A stretch of 64,000 nucleotides of DNA. It comes from Octopus vulgaris (lineage: Eukaryota). The notes below the pieces were generated by a model. It saw only the letters and a list, made by a program, of their open reading frames with translations. It had not been told where the DNA came from and ran no database searches. The translations under genes were made by a program, and so were the position numbers. Where the stretch lies: contig OX597820.1 in assembly GCA_951406725.2 (NCBI GenBank), positions 72,788,001-72,852,000 on the forward strand, read 5' to 3'. Below are positions 51,816 through 64,000 of the stretch, one piece after another (position 1 is the first letter of the stretch; each line of letters opens with the position of its first letter).

Positions 51816-53144
51816 ACTGTTTTAGCTGAAGAATGGACAAAATTCCTTTGGAAACAATTCAAACTTTATATGAGTCCATACCTCATAAAATTCAAGCTGT
51901 AATTACTGTCAAAGGCAATCCTACCCCATATTAAAATACTGCCTTTGACAGTAATTACAGCTTAAATTCTATGAGGTATGGACTCATATAAAGTTTGAAT
52001 TGTTTCCAAAGGAATTTTGTCCATTCTTCAGCTAAAACTGTCTCCAGTTCTTGTAGTGATTATGGTGGAGGACATTGACTCCTTACTCGTTTTTCTAAAA
52101 TGCACCATAAATGTTCAATAATATTGAGATCTGAGGACTGTGGTGGCCAGATAAGAGGTTCAACTTCACCAGAATGTTCCTCATGCCATTCAGTAACAAC
52201 TTTAGTTGTGTGAATTGGTGCCTTATCATCCTGAAAGATTACGTTTCCCTCTGGAAACAGTTCTGCAAGCATAGGATGAATTTGATCAGATAAAATGCTT
52301 AAACAGTTTTGACTATTAATTCTGCCATGAAGGGAAACCATTGGGCCAGCTGATTTCCAACATATAGCACCGCCCACCTCAGATCATCACAGATCCTCCT
52401 CAATGTTGGAAGAAGGCAGTCTGGGTCAAATGCTTCTTTTGGCTGTCTCCACATGTATACTCGGCCAGTGGTCAGAAACAGGGTAAAGGATGACTCATCT
52501 GAGAAAATAACATTCTTCCACTGCTCTAGGGACCAATTTTGTAGGATTTTACTCCGCTGTAAACTCTTTGCAATGTTTGTTTTTGAAAGTAGTGGTTTTC
52601 TGATTGCAGCCCTTCCATGAAATCTGGCTTTGTGCAGCTCCTGGCGAACAGTTTTTGTGGAAACTAGATTTTCAAGGTGGTCATTAAGCTCTGCAATAAT
52701 TTTGCAAGCTGTACTTTTGTGATCCTTTCTAACAATTCGCTTAAGAGGCTGACTGTCCTTATCTGAAAGTTTTGACTTTCTTCCAGAGTTTTGTTTCAAC
52801 GAGGAGGTTTTTCCCTCTTTCTCAAAGGTTGTCATTACTTTCAAGACAGTACTTCATGATACACCAAACATTTCGGCTGTTTTTTTTTATGCTAGCACCT
52901 GCCATACGAGCACCAACAATTTGACCTCTTTAAAAGTTCAATAGATCTGTCATTTTAATGAATTTCAATTACCTTTTTCCGATGATATCTGAAAAGAAAT
53001 AACAATTTTAGCAAAACATATTAAGCAACACTAACAATAAATAAGAAAAAACATAAAAATAAACAAGCTTTTGATGGTTTTATAGATATTTCAAAATTAT
53101 GATGATATGATGCTAGGTGTTTCCATTATTTTGTCCAACCCCTG
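51816..53144 (-). mobile_element. Second Tc1 copy (same family as 3475-4682); one TIR replaced by a foldback duplication
   Basis: TIR+TA at 53144; ORFs with VIFSDESSF, FQDDKAPIH, WPPQSSDLNIIEHLW; 102-bp inverted arms at the left end. Confidence 0.9.
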
Positions 53145-53312
53145 TATATAAAATGGGCATTTGTTTATATTTAAAAAAATTGTCACAATCGGAGGATAAA
53201 TATGATTATGATATATATTATATACAGTTATTATACAGTTATTATACTATGAGCCTTCCATAGTACCTTTCTCTCTGTAACTCACAAACCTTTCAAGTTT
53301 CTCTCTCTTTCT

Positions 53313-53696
53313 CTCTTTTACTTGTTTCAGGCACTTGACTGCGGCCATGCTGGAGTACTGCCTTTAATAGAGCAACTCGACCCCGGGACTTATTCTTTGT
53401 AAGCCTAGTACTTATTCTATTGGTCTCTTTTGCCGAACCGCAAAGTGACGGGGACATAAACACACTAGCATCGGTTCTCAAGCTATGTTGGATGAGACAA
53501 ACACAGACACACAAACATACACGCACACATATATATATACGTATATATGATGGGCTTCTTTCAGTTTCCGTCTACCAAATCCACTCACAAGGCTTTGGTC
53601 GGCCCGAGGCTATAGTAGAAGACACTTGGCCAAGGTGCCACGCAGTGGGACTGAACCCGGAACCATGTGGTTGGTAAACAAGCTACTGACCACACA
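53313..53696 (-). mobile_element. SINE family A
   Basis: Matches 9305-9715. Confidence 0.9.
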
Positions 53697-53742
53697 AAAG
53701 TATTATTTATGTAGTATATATATATATGTATATATATATATA

Positions 53743-55010
53743 AAGTGGGAAACCAAAACTTGGAAAGTAATAGATAATTAACTAAATTGTTTATTTTACA
53801 ACAACCAGTAACCTGACATAAATATAATTTTTGCACAAGTTTATAGGAGTATAAAGAGACAATTTATTCAATATGTTTGCCTTCATTGTCCACCACAGCC
53901 TTCACACGCTGCCTGAGTAGTTCATGATGAAATAGTCGGACATATTATCCCACTGTTCTCTCAGAACTTGCTTAAGATGATGAACACTTGAATGCAAAGT
54001 TTTGTTGGTAGAGTGCACCAATTTGCCCCAGACAGCATAGTCCAGGGGGTTCAAGTCTTGGCCGGAAAAAGGCTAGAAGTTGGCAAGCCAAAAGCCAGTG
54101 AGAGTTGTTTTAGCAGAATTTCAGCATTTTCTTCACTGTATGAGGATGAACATCATCTTGGGTCCACACATGATTACTGTTGGGGCAGTTAGACTTCAAC
54201 CAAGGCAAAACCTTATTCCACAGGATTTTATAATAAAATTCAGCCTCAGCCTGTTCCCCAGACTTGAAAAAATGGAGAAGCATCATTTTCCGTCACATGC
54301 TACGACTGAGTACCTTGACTTGAGCTGGATGCTTAGTCCTAAAGACACCCTTTACTTCAAAAGGGTACTTAACAATCTATCAATCATTGTAATGGTTTTA
54401 AACAGCATCAATGATAAAGATTTTTTCATCTGAAAAGATTTCGATGGTTTATCCATTGTGCTTCAGGTATCACTACACATTTTTAGCCCTTTCTTGCTTT
54501 CTGGCTTTCATTGCATGGGTCAATAGGTGTCTCGGGGTCCTCATGTATGACCCCAACTGTAAATCAATGTGTACAGCAGTTCTGATGGACTTTGGATTAA
54601 GTTTCATGTCCATAGACAATTTTCTCATGGATGTAGCAGGGTCTTTCGAAATTTTTGCTTTGAGATTTAAGAAATGCATTATCCTGTTTAATATTTATTC
54701 CTCTACTTCCTTACTTTCTCTCAATGCCTCCCATATCCAGCATTCAGTTCTTAATGTTGTAGACAATGCTCACAGAGGCCCTAACAGTCTCAGCAATATG
54801 TCAAATTGCAAACCCAGCATGAAGAAAATCTGCAATGCATTATCTCTTGGCTTCTTAAGTGGACATGCTAGATCAAATGACAGGAGCTTCTGCTCAAATT
54901 AAATCTATATACCTCCACCCTGAAATAGAAAACAATATTTTAGTATTTACACTCAGGAATATATGAAAATTAAAGCTTCCAAAATATTCCAAGTTTTGTT
55001 TCCCCACCTC

Positions 55011-55011
<1 letters not shown>
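53743..55011 (-). mobile_element. Degenerate maT/DD37D-like transposon
   Basis: TIR GTGGG.AA.CAAAACTTGGAA at both ends within (TA)n; remnants KISKDPATSMRKLS, IFSDEKIFIID, DLNPLDYAVWG. Confidence 0.8.
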
Positions 55012-55049
<38 letters not shown>

Positions 55050-55233
55050 AATGTAATATGTGACAATTATTCAGTAGCCATGATAAAACTCTGAGTTTCG
55101 GGTGCCAGAGTTTTATCATGGCTACCGAATAATTGTCACATATTACATTTACAGATAAATTCCTCTATTTACATAATATCGAGGTCTCTTTCATTCGTTT
55201 GTTGTCTTACCATTTTTATCAATATATATATAG

Positions 55234-55264
<31 letters not shown>

Positions 55265-55551
55265 GAAAGCATTACCATTGAAAAAAGCATAAATATATGT
55301 AGGAAATAAAGTAATGAATTTGATGGGGAGTAGTCCCTCTCAGAAAAAGTGGATTTAGATAAAAGTTTTATGTGCATGCCTGTGTGTGTATGTGTATGCG
55401 TGCTTGTGCATGTGTGTGTGTATGTGTGTGTTTAAAGATAGGTATATAAAGAACTCCAATGTATAGAAACAAAAAAATAAATAAGTAAAAATATGCATGG
55501 CAAATGAGAGTGATAAAATGTGACGGAATCCAAAACAATGAGAGAGAGAGT

Positions 55552-55591
<40 letters not shown>

Positions 55592-56131
55592 GTGAGAGAG
55601 AGAGAGAGAGAGTGAGAGAAAGAGAGTGTGAGAGGGAGAATGGGGACAATGATCTGATGCAGAGTTAACCTCTGAGTTATTGTTGGAGATTATGGATCAA
55701 GTTTTTTTTCATTTGCAAAATATGCATTTTTTAAAAGGAAGTAAAAAATCTGAAAATCAGCTATAATAATGTAGCCTTCCAGTCTCATTGCTTTGAAGGG
55801 ATGATGTTGTGGAGGAAAAAAAAATTGGAGAAAAAAGTTACAGAGGTTTAAAAATCGAAAAAAAACTGTATTTTTTTATGAATAGAATTAACCTACTGAA
55901 ATCATAAATCCAGCTGTCTGAGTCAATGAGTCCCAAAATTATATGAAATGAAAAATAATATGTAATAATACTAACACACAGAAGCAGAGAAAAATATGTT
56001 ATACACTAACACAGAAAAATTAAAACAAAATATATGGGTGAAAAAAATTATAGTGGTGTGAAGAATCAAGTGTGAAAAATCAACATAGACAACAGCGGCA
56101 CAGACAACAGTGAACCACAACTCAGCATGCG

Positions 56132-56145
56132 GTTGTCATGGTAAC
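56132..56145. promoter_or_regulatory. RFX X-box-like palindrome
   Basis: GTTGTCATGGTAAC versus consensus GTTGCCATGGCAAC, in unique sequence. Confidence 0.35.
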
Positions 56146-56899
56146 AAGCTACTAATGCCACGCTGTCTGTTGATTAGCTAAAATTACTCAAATTTCCCAA
56201 CTTTAATTCCAAATAACATCAGATTGTTTAATTTACGAGATAAATTAATTGGTTGATCGTAATCAAAATTCAGATTTGCATTGATACACCAAAATTGAAA
56301 GCAACCTGAGCAAAATAAATGGGAGCTCATTAATGCAAATGAGAAAGACTAGATCTGAAATTATTTACAGCTGAGTGGATGGAAGGAACAGGAAATGAAA
56401 TATATTGCTCAAGAACACAATGCACTGCCTGGTCTGGGAATTGAAACAAAGACTTTATGATTATGAATGCTGCACCTTAACCACTTGGCCACTCACCTTT
56501 ACAATTCTGTCAACATTCTGCCCTAAATAATTGTTTCAAATATAGACATGAAGCCAGCAATGTTTCTGTATAGGGGTGATAAAATACCAGTAATACACTT
56601 GTGCTTTATCAAGCTTGTAAAAATAAAAGACAAAGCTGACCTTGGTATGATTTGAACCCAGAACCCAGAAAAGGGTAAAGAGCTGGAATAAATGGCATGA
56701 AGCATTTTGTTTCATATTCCAATTGTCTTGCCAATTCACTGCTCATGATAATAATTTCTAATGTTGACAATAGATTTGTGCAGAGGAATGGACTAGTGGG
56801 GGAGGAGGAGGAGTTAGTCGAATAAATTGTCCTTCCCCCTCCACTACATGGAGGGATTAAACACGAAGTTAACCTCGTTGATATTCGAACTCTGAACAT

Positions 56900-57287
56900 T
56901 ATTTACATTATTTACATTTGACGGATATTTGACCTCATCTTGTTTGTTGTTAACACATTTCGGCTGATATACCTATTTCTTTATTACCCACAAGGGGCTA
57001 AACACAGAGAGAACAAACAAGGACAGACATAGGTATTAAGTCGATTACATCGACCCCAGTGCATAACTGGTACTTAATTTATCGACCCCGAAAGGATGAA
57101 AGGCAAAGTTGACCTCGGCGGAATTTGAACTCACAACGTAACGCAGACGAAATACCGCTAAGCATTTCGCCCGATGTGCTAACGTTTCTGCCAGCTCACC
57201 GCCCTTCGGCTGATATACCCTCCAGCCTTCATCAGGTGTCTTGGAGAAATTTCGAACTTGCGTTCTCATTCCTAAGGTATTTTTCGA

Positions 57288-57321
<34 letters not shown>

Positions 57322-57500
57322 ACATTGAAAAATACCTTAGGAATGAGAATCCAGGTTCAAAATTTCCCCAAGACACCTAATGAAGGCTGGAGGGTATATC
57401 AAGTAAAATGTTGTGTTAACAACAAACAAGATAAAGACAAATATCTGTCAAATGTAAATAATGTACATAATTCCTCATCTCTTAAATATAGAATCTGAGT
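56900..57500. mobile_element. Divergent inverted pair of a hammerhead-bearing Penelope-type repeat around (TTA)n; left copy interrupted by SINE B
   Basis: 57206-57290 plus 56900-56973 are the reverse complement of 57322-57470; consensus ACAC-CTGATGA-A-GGCTG..CAGCC-GAAA-TG-TT-GTGT. Confidence 0.75.
56974..57204 (-). mobile_element. SINE family B, full length, with 15-bp TSD
   Basis: TTCGGCTGATATACC duplicated at 56959-56973 and 57205-57219. Confidence 0.92.
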
Positions 57501-58153
57501 ATAAAACTCCAGGAGAAATACTGGTTTCAAATTGTGGCACAAGGCCAGCAGATTTTGTGGGTGGAGAGGGGGAATTGATTGCAACAACACTAGTACTTGG
57601 CTGGTACTTGATTTATCGACCTCCCCCTCCCCTTCAAAGATGATACACAAAGCCATCCTCGGTTCAGAAGAATTACCACTAGGTGTGTAGAAGCGTGTTC
57701 ACAGTTAGGATTTTTACCATTAAGTACCTACATTTTGGCTCATCACGTGATAGTCCAGTCCCTCTAGTGTTATATGGGCAGTCTACTCCATCACGTGACA
57801 GACCAGCCAAGGAAGCTTTAACGTTAGCATACTGGGTGAAATGCTTAGAGGCATTTCGTCTGTCTTTACGTTCTGTGTTCAAATTCCATCAAGGTCGACT
57901 TTGCCTTTCATCCTTTTGGGGTCAATAAATTAAGTACTAGTTACATACTGGAGTCAATGTAATCGACTAGTCCCCTCCCGCAAGATTTCAGGCCTTGTGC
58001 CTTTCTTTAGTAGAGAAAATCATTAATATTATTACTATTATTTTTATTTTTATTTTTATTATTAAAATTATTATTATCGTCATTATTATTATTATTATTA
58101 TCGTCATCATCATCATCATCATCATTATTATTATTGTTATTATTATTATTATT

Positions 58154-58700
58154 GAGTGAGAGAGCAGTGCATGCCCTCAAAGTGACGCTGGGGTAAAATA
58201 TACAAAACCCAGTATACCCATCATGACTACCTGTCTGATAAGGGTACACCAGGCTCATGCATCACTACCATATGTGCGCAACACGGTGATCTCATATCAA
58301 GATAAACAGCACATGACCTTACAGGTGGGGGCCAGTTAGAATTTTCTTCTGGTCGAGGAGCCCATCCCGCTCAAAAGGTCCCTGAATAAGGGTTGTTTAA
58401 GGATGTTGAAAGAACCACCCATGTTTCCAGAGGTGAATTTTTCAAACCCCAAAGAATTCCTCTCAACACACGGCTATGATTCTCCCCCACTACTTCTGCT
58501 TGTGATCAGAGATGCACATATTATCAGCCACAAAAGGACGTGCTCAACTGGTTATGGTCAAACAACTGACAAACAAATCTGTGGTATTGAGCAGAATATT
58601 TGCTGTAGGCCATCTTTTATACCAAGACAAAACAATGTACATGATAACACTTCCAATCAGTTAAGATCAGAAGCCACGAGAGCCACTGTCTGGTACTGCT
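58154..58700. mobile_element. Family C element in (ATT)n
   Basis: Reverse complement of 8130-8684. Confidence 0.85.
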
Positions 58701-58899
58701 TTATTATTATTATTAGTGGCATTTCATCCATTTTCTTACGTTTTGAGATCAAATTCTGCCGAGATCGACTTTGCCTGTCATCCTTTAGAGATTGATAAAA
58801 TAAGTACCTGATGAGTCCCAAAGTCGACATAATCGACTTTTCCCTCCTCTCAAAATTACTGAACCTGTACCAAAACTTAGAAAGTTATATTTTCATAGC

Positions 58900-59284
58900 A
58901 ACGAACCACATGGTTCCGAGTCCAGTCTCACTGCGTGGCACCTAGGGCAAGTGTCTTCTACTATAGCTTCGGGCCGACCAAAGCCTTGTGAGTAGATTTG
59001 GTAGACGGAAACTGAAAGAAGCTCGTCGTATATATGTATATATATTTATATGTATGTGTGTGCATTTATGTGTTTGTGTTTGTCCCCCGAACATCGCTTG
59101 ACAACGGATGCTGATGTGTTTACGTCCCCGTAAATTAGCGGTTCGGCATAAGAGACCGATGATAGAATAAGTACTGGGCTTACAAAGAATAAGTCCTGGG
59201 GTCGATTTGCTCGACTAAAGGCGGTGCTCCAGCATGGCCGCAGTCACATGATTGAAACAAGTAAAAGAGTAACAGAGTAAAGAG
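58900..59284 (+). mobile_element. SINE family A (5' end eroded)
   Basis: Matches 6822-7237. Confidence 0.85.
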
Positions 59285-60525
59285 TTGTATGACTTTGTCT
59301 CGTAGTTTGTCAGTGAGAATTTTTTTAGATACCAGCTGCAATAAACAGAATACTGTTTAACAATTGAGATCGTATTTCAACCTGAAATCTCGCAAAGGAT
59401 CTAAATCGTCATAACATTATTCTCTAAACCAATTGTATCGATGGATTTCAACGCAAACATCCTTTCATTGCTCAACAGATCAAATTGTAAACGCGAGACT
59501 GCGTTGCAGGGGAGATAACTTTTATAAAAGTTATTTCCCCTGCATCAATTTTTGTTTGCTGTTTAGTTTTGAATTTGCAGCTTTAGTTTTTATATAACGT
59601 TATTTACGGACATCATTTCGACATATTTCTATCTCGTATAATATTACTTATGACTATTATATTTCACACAAATAAAATGCCTTCTATTTTTCTTTAAATA
59701 TATTTACAGTCTTGAATGGTTTTAGTTCAACAAATCAGCCCCAGTGTTTATTTTATCGGTATTTTCTACCGAACCGCTTGTTTACGGAGATGTAAACAAA
59801 CTAACACCGAGTGTCTAACAATAGAAGGAAACAAGCGCACATTCCAAGACACGTACACACATACGACGGGCTTTCTCTCAGTTTCCATCTACCAAATCGA
59901 TCCGGTGTTACCGTGCAATGGGACGAAATCCGAAATCTCGTGGCTGCAAAGCGAGCTTCTTAACCATAGAGTCAATACATATACTTATATTTCGTGCTTG
60001 CGCTTATACATACATACATACATACATACATACATACATACATACATACATACATACATACATACGTACGTACATACATACATACATACATACATACGTA
60101 CGTACGTACATACATACATACATACATACATACATACATACATACATACATACGTACGTTCATACATACGTACGTACATACATACGCACGCACGTACGCA
60201 CGTACGCACGCACGTACATACGCACGCACGTACATATGCACTTACATACGCACATACATACATACACACATACACACATACATACACACTCATACATACA
60301 TACACACATGCATGCACACACACACATACATACGCGCGCGCGCACTCACACACACACACACACACACATACAATCCTGCGTGCGGGCGTGCTGTGCATAC
60401 GTAGGAGTGTGCAGTCAGCCTCTACCCGCTAGCCGGTGCTGCTTGATAATGTATCGTGAGTCGTGTGTAGTTCTGAGGAATCTTCTGTATCGTCTTGGCC
60501 CCTTCACATTTGTTCCTGTATACCT

Positions 60526-60743
60526 TTTTCTTTATTACCAACAAGGGGCTAAACACAGAGGGGACAAACAAGGACAGACAAACGGATTAAGTTGATTATA
60601 TCGACCCCAGTGCGTAACTGGTACTTATTTAATCGACCCCGAAAGGATGAAAGGCAAAGTCGACCTCGGCGGAATTTGAACTCAGAACGTAGCGGTAGAC
60701 GAAATACGGCTACGCATTTCGCCCGGCGTGCTAACGTTTCTGC
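60526..60743 (-). mobile_element. SINE family B (type-1 tail)
   Basis: Matches 43548-43775. Confidence 0.85.
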
Positions 60744-61068
60744 CTGTATACCGTTCAGGAAATAACAGCTGGAGTGAGATGTGGGGCGGATCATATCAGC
60801 TGCTACTGCTGCTACACATTGCAGTAACGTGAAGTAAAGTATTTTGCTCAAAGGCTTAGCATGTTGCCTGATCCAGAAATTGAACCTACGGCCTTATAAT
60901 CATAAGTTCAACACAGTAACCACAAGATCCCAGGCCTTCATAACTGAAGTTTTAACTATATCTATTTAGTGTATTAGTGAGTCGGATTCTAAAAAGTCTT
61001 CTGTAACGTCAATTATGAAAATATTTCGGTTCATTTGCTCCCCTGTTCAAACATTATTGTTTGGCGGA

Positions 61069-61282
61069 AGGCAGTGAGCCGGCAGAGTTGTTAGCACGCC
61101 GAAAGAAATGCTTTGTGGTATTTCGCACATCGCTACGTTCTGAGTTCAAATTCCGCCGAGGTCGACTTTACCTTTCATCCTTTCAGGGTCGACAAATTAA
61201 ATACCAGTGAAACAGTGGGGTCGATGTATTCGACTAGCCTCCTCCCCACCCAATTTCAGGCCTTGTGCCTCCCTTAGAAAGG
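61069..61282 (+). mobile_element. SINE family B, full length (type-2 tail), with 16-bp TSD
   Basis: ATTATTGTTTGGCGGA duplicated at 61053-61068 and 61283-61298. Confidence 0.9.
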
Positions 61283-64000
61283 ATTATTGTTTGGCGGACG
61301 GAAGAGGTGAGTCCCTATTGGATGGTTTAAGTATGTCTGGTAAGTTACTCTTAGAACATCTAGAGCAGTGTTTCTCAGTCAGGGTCCTTAAATGATTTTT
61401 GGGGGTCTACATAGCAAAATAGTAAATTCGGGATCCATAGTTTTAAATATTTTAAGGGCACTTGAAAAAATTTTGTTTTAGATGTATGTACTGATTATGT
61501 ATTACAAGAAACGGCTAGGTTTCTTTCCTTAACATTTTACATACTTTAACCTATACAAGTTAATGTGTGAAAAACCTGTAAGTGTTTTATCTTGGTATAA
61601 ATGATGGGTTTCAGTCAATCTTCTGCTCAATGCCACAGATCTGCTCGTCAATTGTTTGACCCTAACCAGTTGAGCATGTCCCTTAGTGGCTGATTATATG
61701 TGAGTCTCTGATTACGAGTAGAAGTAGTGGGGGAGCATCATAGCCATGTGTTGAGAGGGATTCTTTGAGGTTTGGATAATTCATCTCTGGAAACATGGAT
61801 GTTTTGTTCATCATCCTTAAACAACTCTCATTCAGAGTCCTTTTGAACGGATGGGCTACACTTCCTGAAGAAAATTCTTACTGGGTCCCACTGTTTATTT
61901 TGATATAAGGTCACCGCGCTATGCAGAAATGATTGTCATGCATGTACCTGGTGTACCCTTATCAGACGGGTAGTTATGATAGGTATATTGGGCTTCGTAC
62001 ATTTGTACACCAGTGGAGGAAAAAATAGATAAAAATAATTATGATTCGATTATATTTTCCATTTGAGGGTGATGGCTGGAAACAGTTGTAGGAAAGAGCA
62101 AGTATATTGTAATATAAATGTCGGTTTAGAAGAAAGGGGTCATTCGTTGTAGGACTAGATCAGAATGTAGAATGCTTTGACGCCACCAGGGTTGTGCACA
62201 ACTGCTATGATTTTGTGATCATCCACTCATTGCAAATAGCTCTTAAGCAGATAAAAGTCTTACTTTCCCTCTATTTATCTAAGAGAATTTTTCCTTTAGT
62301 GAATCTTTAAAATGTTTCTCAAAGGTAACACATATCGGGAATTGAGGTACAATGAGATGATGCGACTTCCCCACATAACTGCTACCTTACCATACATAAG
62401 CCGCATTACCGTTAGTTTGTACTAACACTTTATGATATGATATTGCTTCCAGTATTTTACTATTTGTATCCATCATTGGACAAAGCGGAATTATGCTTAT
62501 CCAGCTCCCTAGCTTACGATACTCGGTCTCTCATTTATAACAACGCCGCATTAAAAGCGGGGCTTTTTTTTTATACGATTAAAATTTATGAAAAACAAAA
62601 ACGCATCTTCTACGCTAGGAAATACGGTGATAAATCAAAATTATAATCGTGGAGGGTAGAAAAAATTATATCAGTATTAAGTGAAATAAATAAAAAAAAA
62701 ACAAGCCTAGGTGAGACAACCATGATATTTAAATTGATTAAATTTAATTCAAAATACAATGTGAGCAATAGATTGAAGAGCAAATCTGAGGCCGGCAGAT
62801 TTCATGTTTATGTTAATGTTCTTCGTCAGTATAAAGGCAGAGGTGCAGGGTATCAACTTGTGATTAAGAAGTTCGCTTGGCAAACATGGTTCTGGGTTCG
62901 AGTCCACAACACAAGTGTCTTCTATTATAGTCTCGGGATAACCAATACTTTGTGAGGAGAATTTGGCAGATGGAAACTGTGCAGAAACCTGCCACACACA
63001 ATTCCATACATGCACATGCGCGAATGTAAAAACAAAGAAGAGTATGAGAAGAAGACGAACAAATTCTATATTTACTCGTATATAAGTTACTGCATTTTGT
63101 ACTTGATTTGAAGAGAAAAACTTGCGTGGCAACTTATATGAAGCAAGGCTAAAACTAAGAAGGGAGAAAATGATGAACCAAGATTTAGTCCTAAATCAAA
63201 GATGTACCTTATACAAAAGCAAACAGGGTATTCTATGTATGAAGTTAGACATGTAAAATATGCAGAAGGGAAAAAAGTGTAGAAATGGGAAATGGAAGTA
63301 AGGCAATGAAAGAATATGTATAATTGAAAATAAATATGTATGATGAAAGGAGTAGAAAAGGGTCTAACATTCAGGGATATAACGTTTATGAAAGAATGAA
63401 AAGAAATTAGAGAGGTAAGAGAAAAAGAAAAAGAAACTATACCGAATTTACATATGTTTACAATGCAGCTTTAGTGTAAACACACACATGCACGCACACA
63501 CACACACACACACACACATGCACGCACGCACACACACACACATCCATGCACATAAACACGCACATGCGCGTGCACATATACATACACAAAATTGTTATCC
63601 GTTCTCGTTTTAAAAAATGATGGAAATCGTGCTTTAAGATAAAGTTCTCAATATAAAGAATGGAAATAATTATTAAAATAAGGACTCTTGCAAGACTAGT
63701 TTCGCTCTCTTCACCTTAGAAATCGCCAGAGCGTTACTCTCAAACGAATTCTATAGAAAATTAAAAGTTAGTCTTGTAAGATTCATGATTTTAATAGAAA
63801 GAGGATAACTGTAGATAATTGCTTCAAAACCTTCAGCTTCAATACTCTGAATATGAATTTAAATTTATACTGATAATTGGCGCATTCGGTTTTGTTAATA
63901 CACGTGTAACAAAACTAGGCAAAACTAGTTTTTACAAAACTAAGGTTTTCAGCAAAAGAAATAAATCAGCTAACATACATATTGCAAATACGATCTGTAA

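Noticed and set aside
54411-54902. 163-aa plus-strand ORF as a host gene
   Set aside because: Antisense to the maT transposase remnant
62055-62098. GAAA-CAGTTG-TA-GGAAA as another hammerhead
   Set aside because: No recognisable core or stem II upstream

Overview
Eukaryotic, AT-rich, extremely repeat-dense DNA. The microsatellite load and SINE families suggest a coleoid cephalopod, probably an octopus; this is an inference, not a database result. No intact protein-coding gene can be confirmed. Almost all ORFs in the supplied track are microsatellite or transposon artefacts, and only a few weak exon candidates remain. Mobile content: three tRNA-derived SINE families, two Tc1 copies (one complete and nested in a SINE, one with a foldback end), mariner, maT/DD37D and pogo/Tigger remnants, hAT, MULE-like and piggyBac-like MITEs, a non-autonomous Helitron, RTE LINE relics, R4/Dong-like fragments in (TAA)n and (CATA)n tracts, an unclassified ~555-bp element in (AAT)n, and a Penelope-like GIY-YIG remnant. 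The main signal is about 14 minimal hammerhead-ribozyme motifs plus 3 half-motifs, mostly in short microsatellite-embedded Penelope-type repeats. Different families carry different cores: C3-G8, the compensatory G3-C8 and U3-A8, and an A6U variant. Several foldback inversions break at or next to the ribozyme. Repeat copies between ~27.6 and ~57.5 kb show extra CpG decay, suggesting a methylated gene body. Coordinates of degenerate repeats are approximate.
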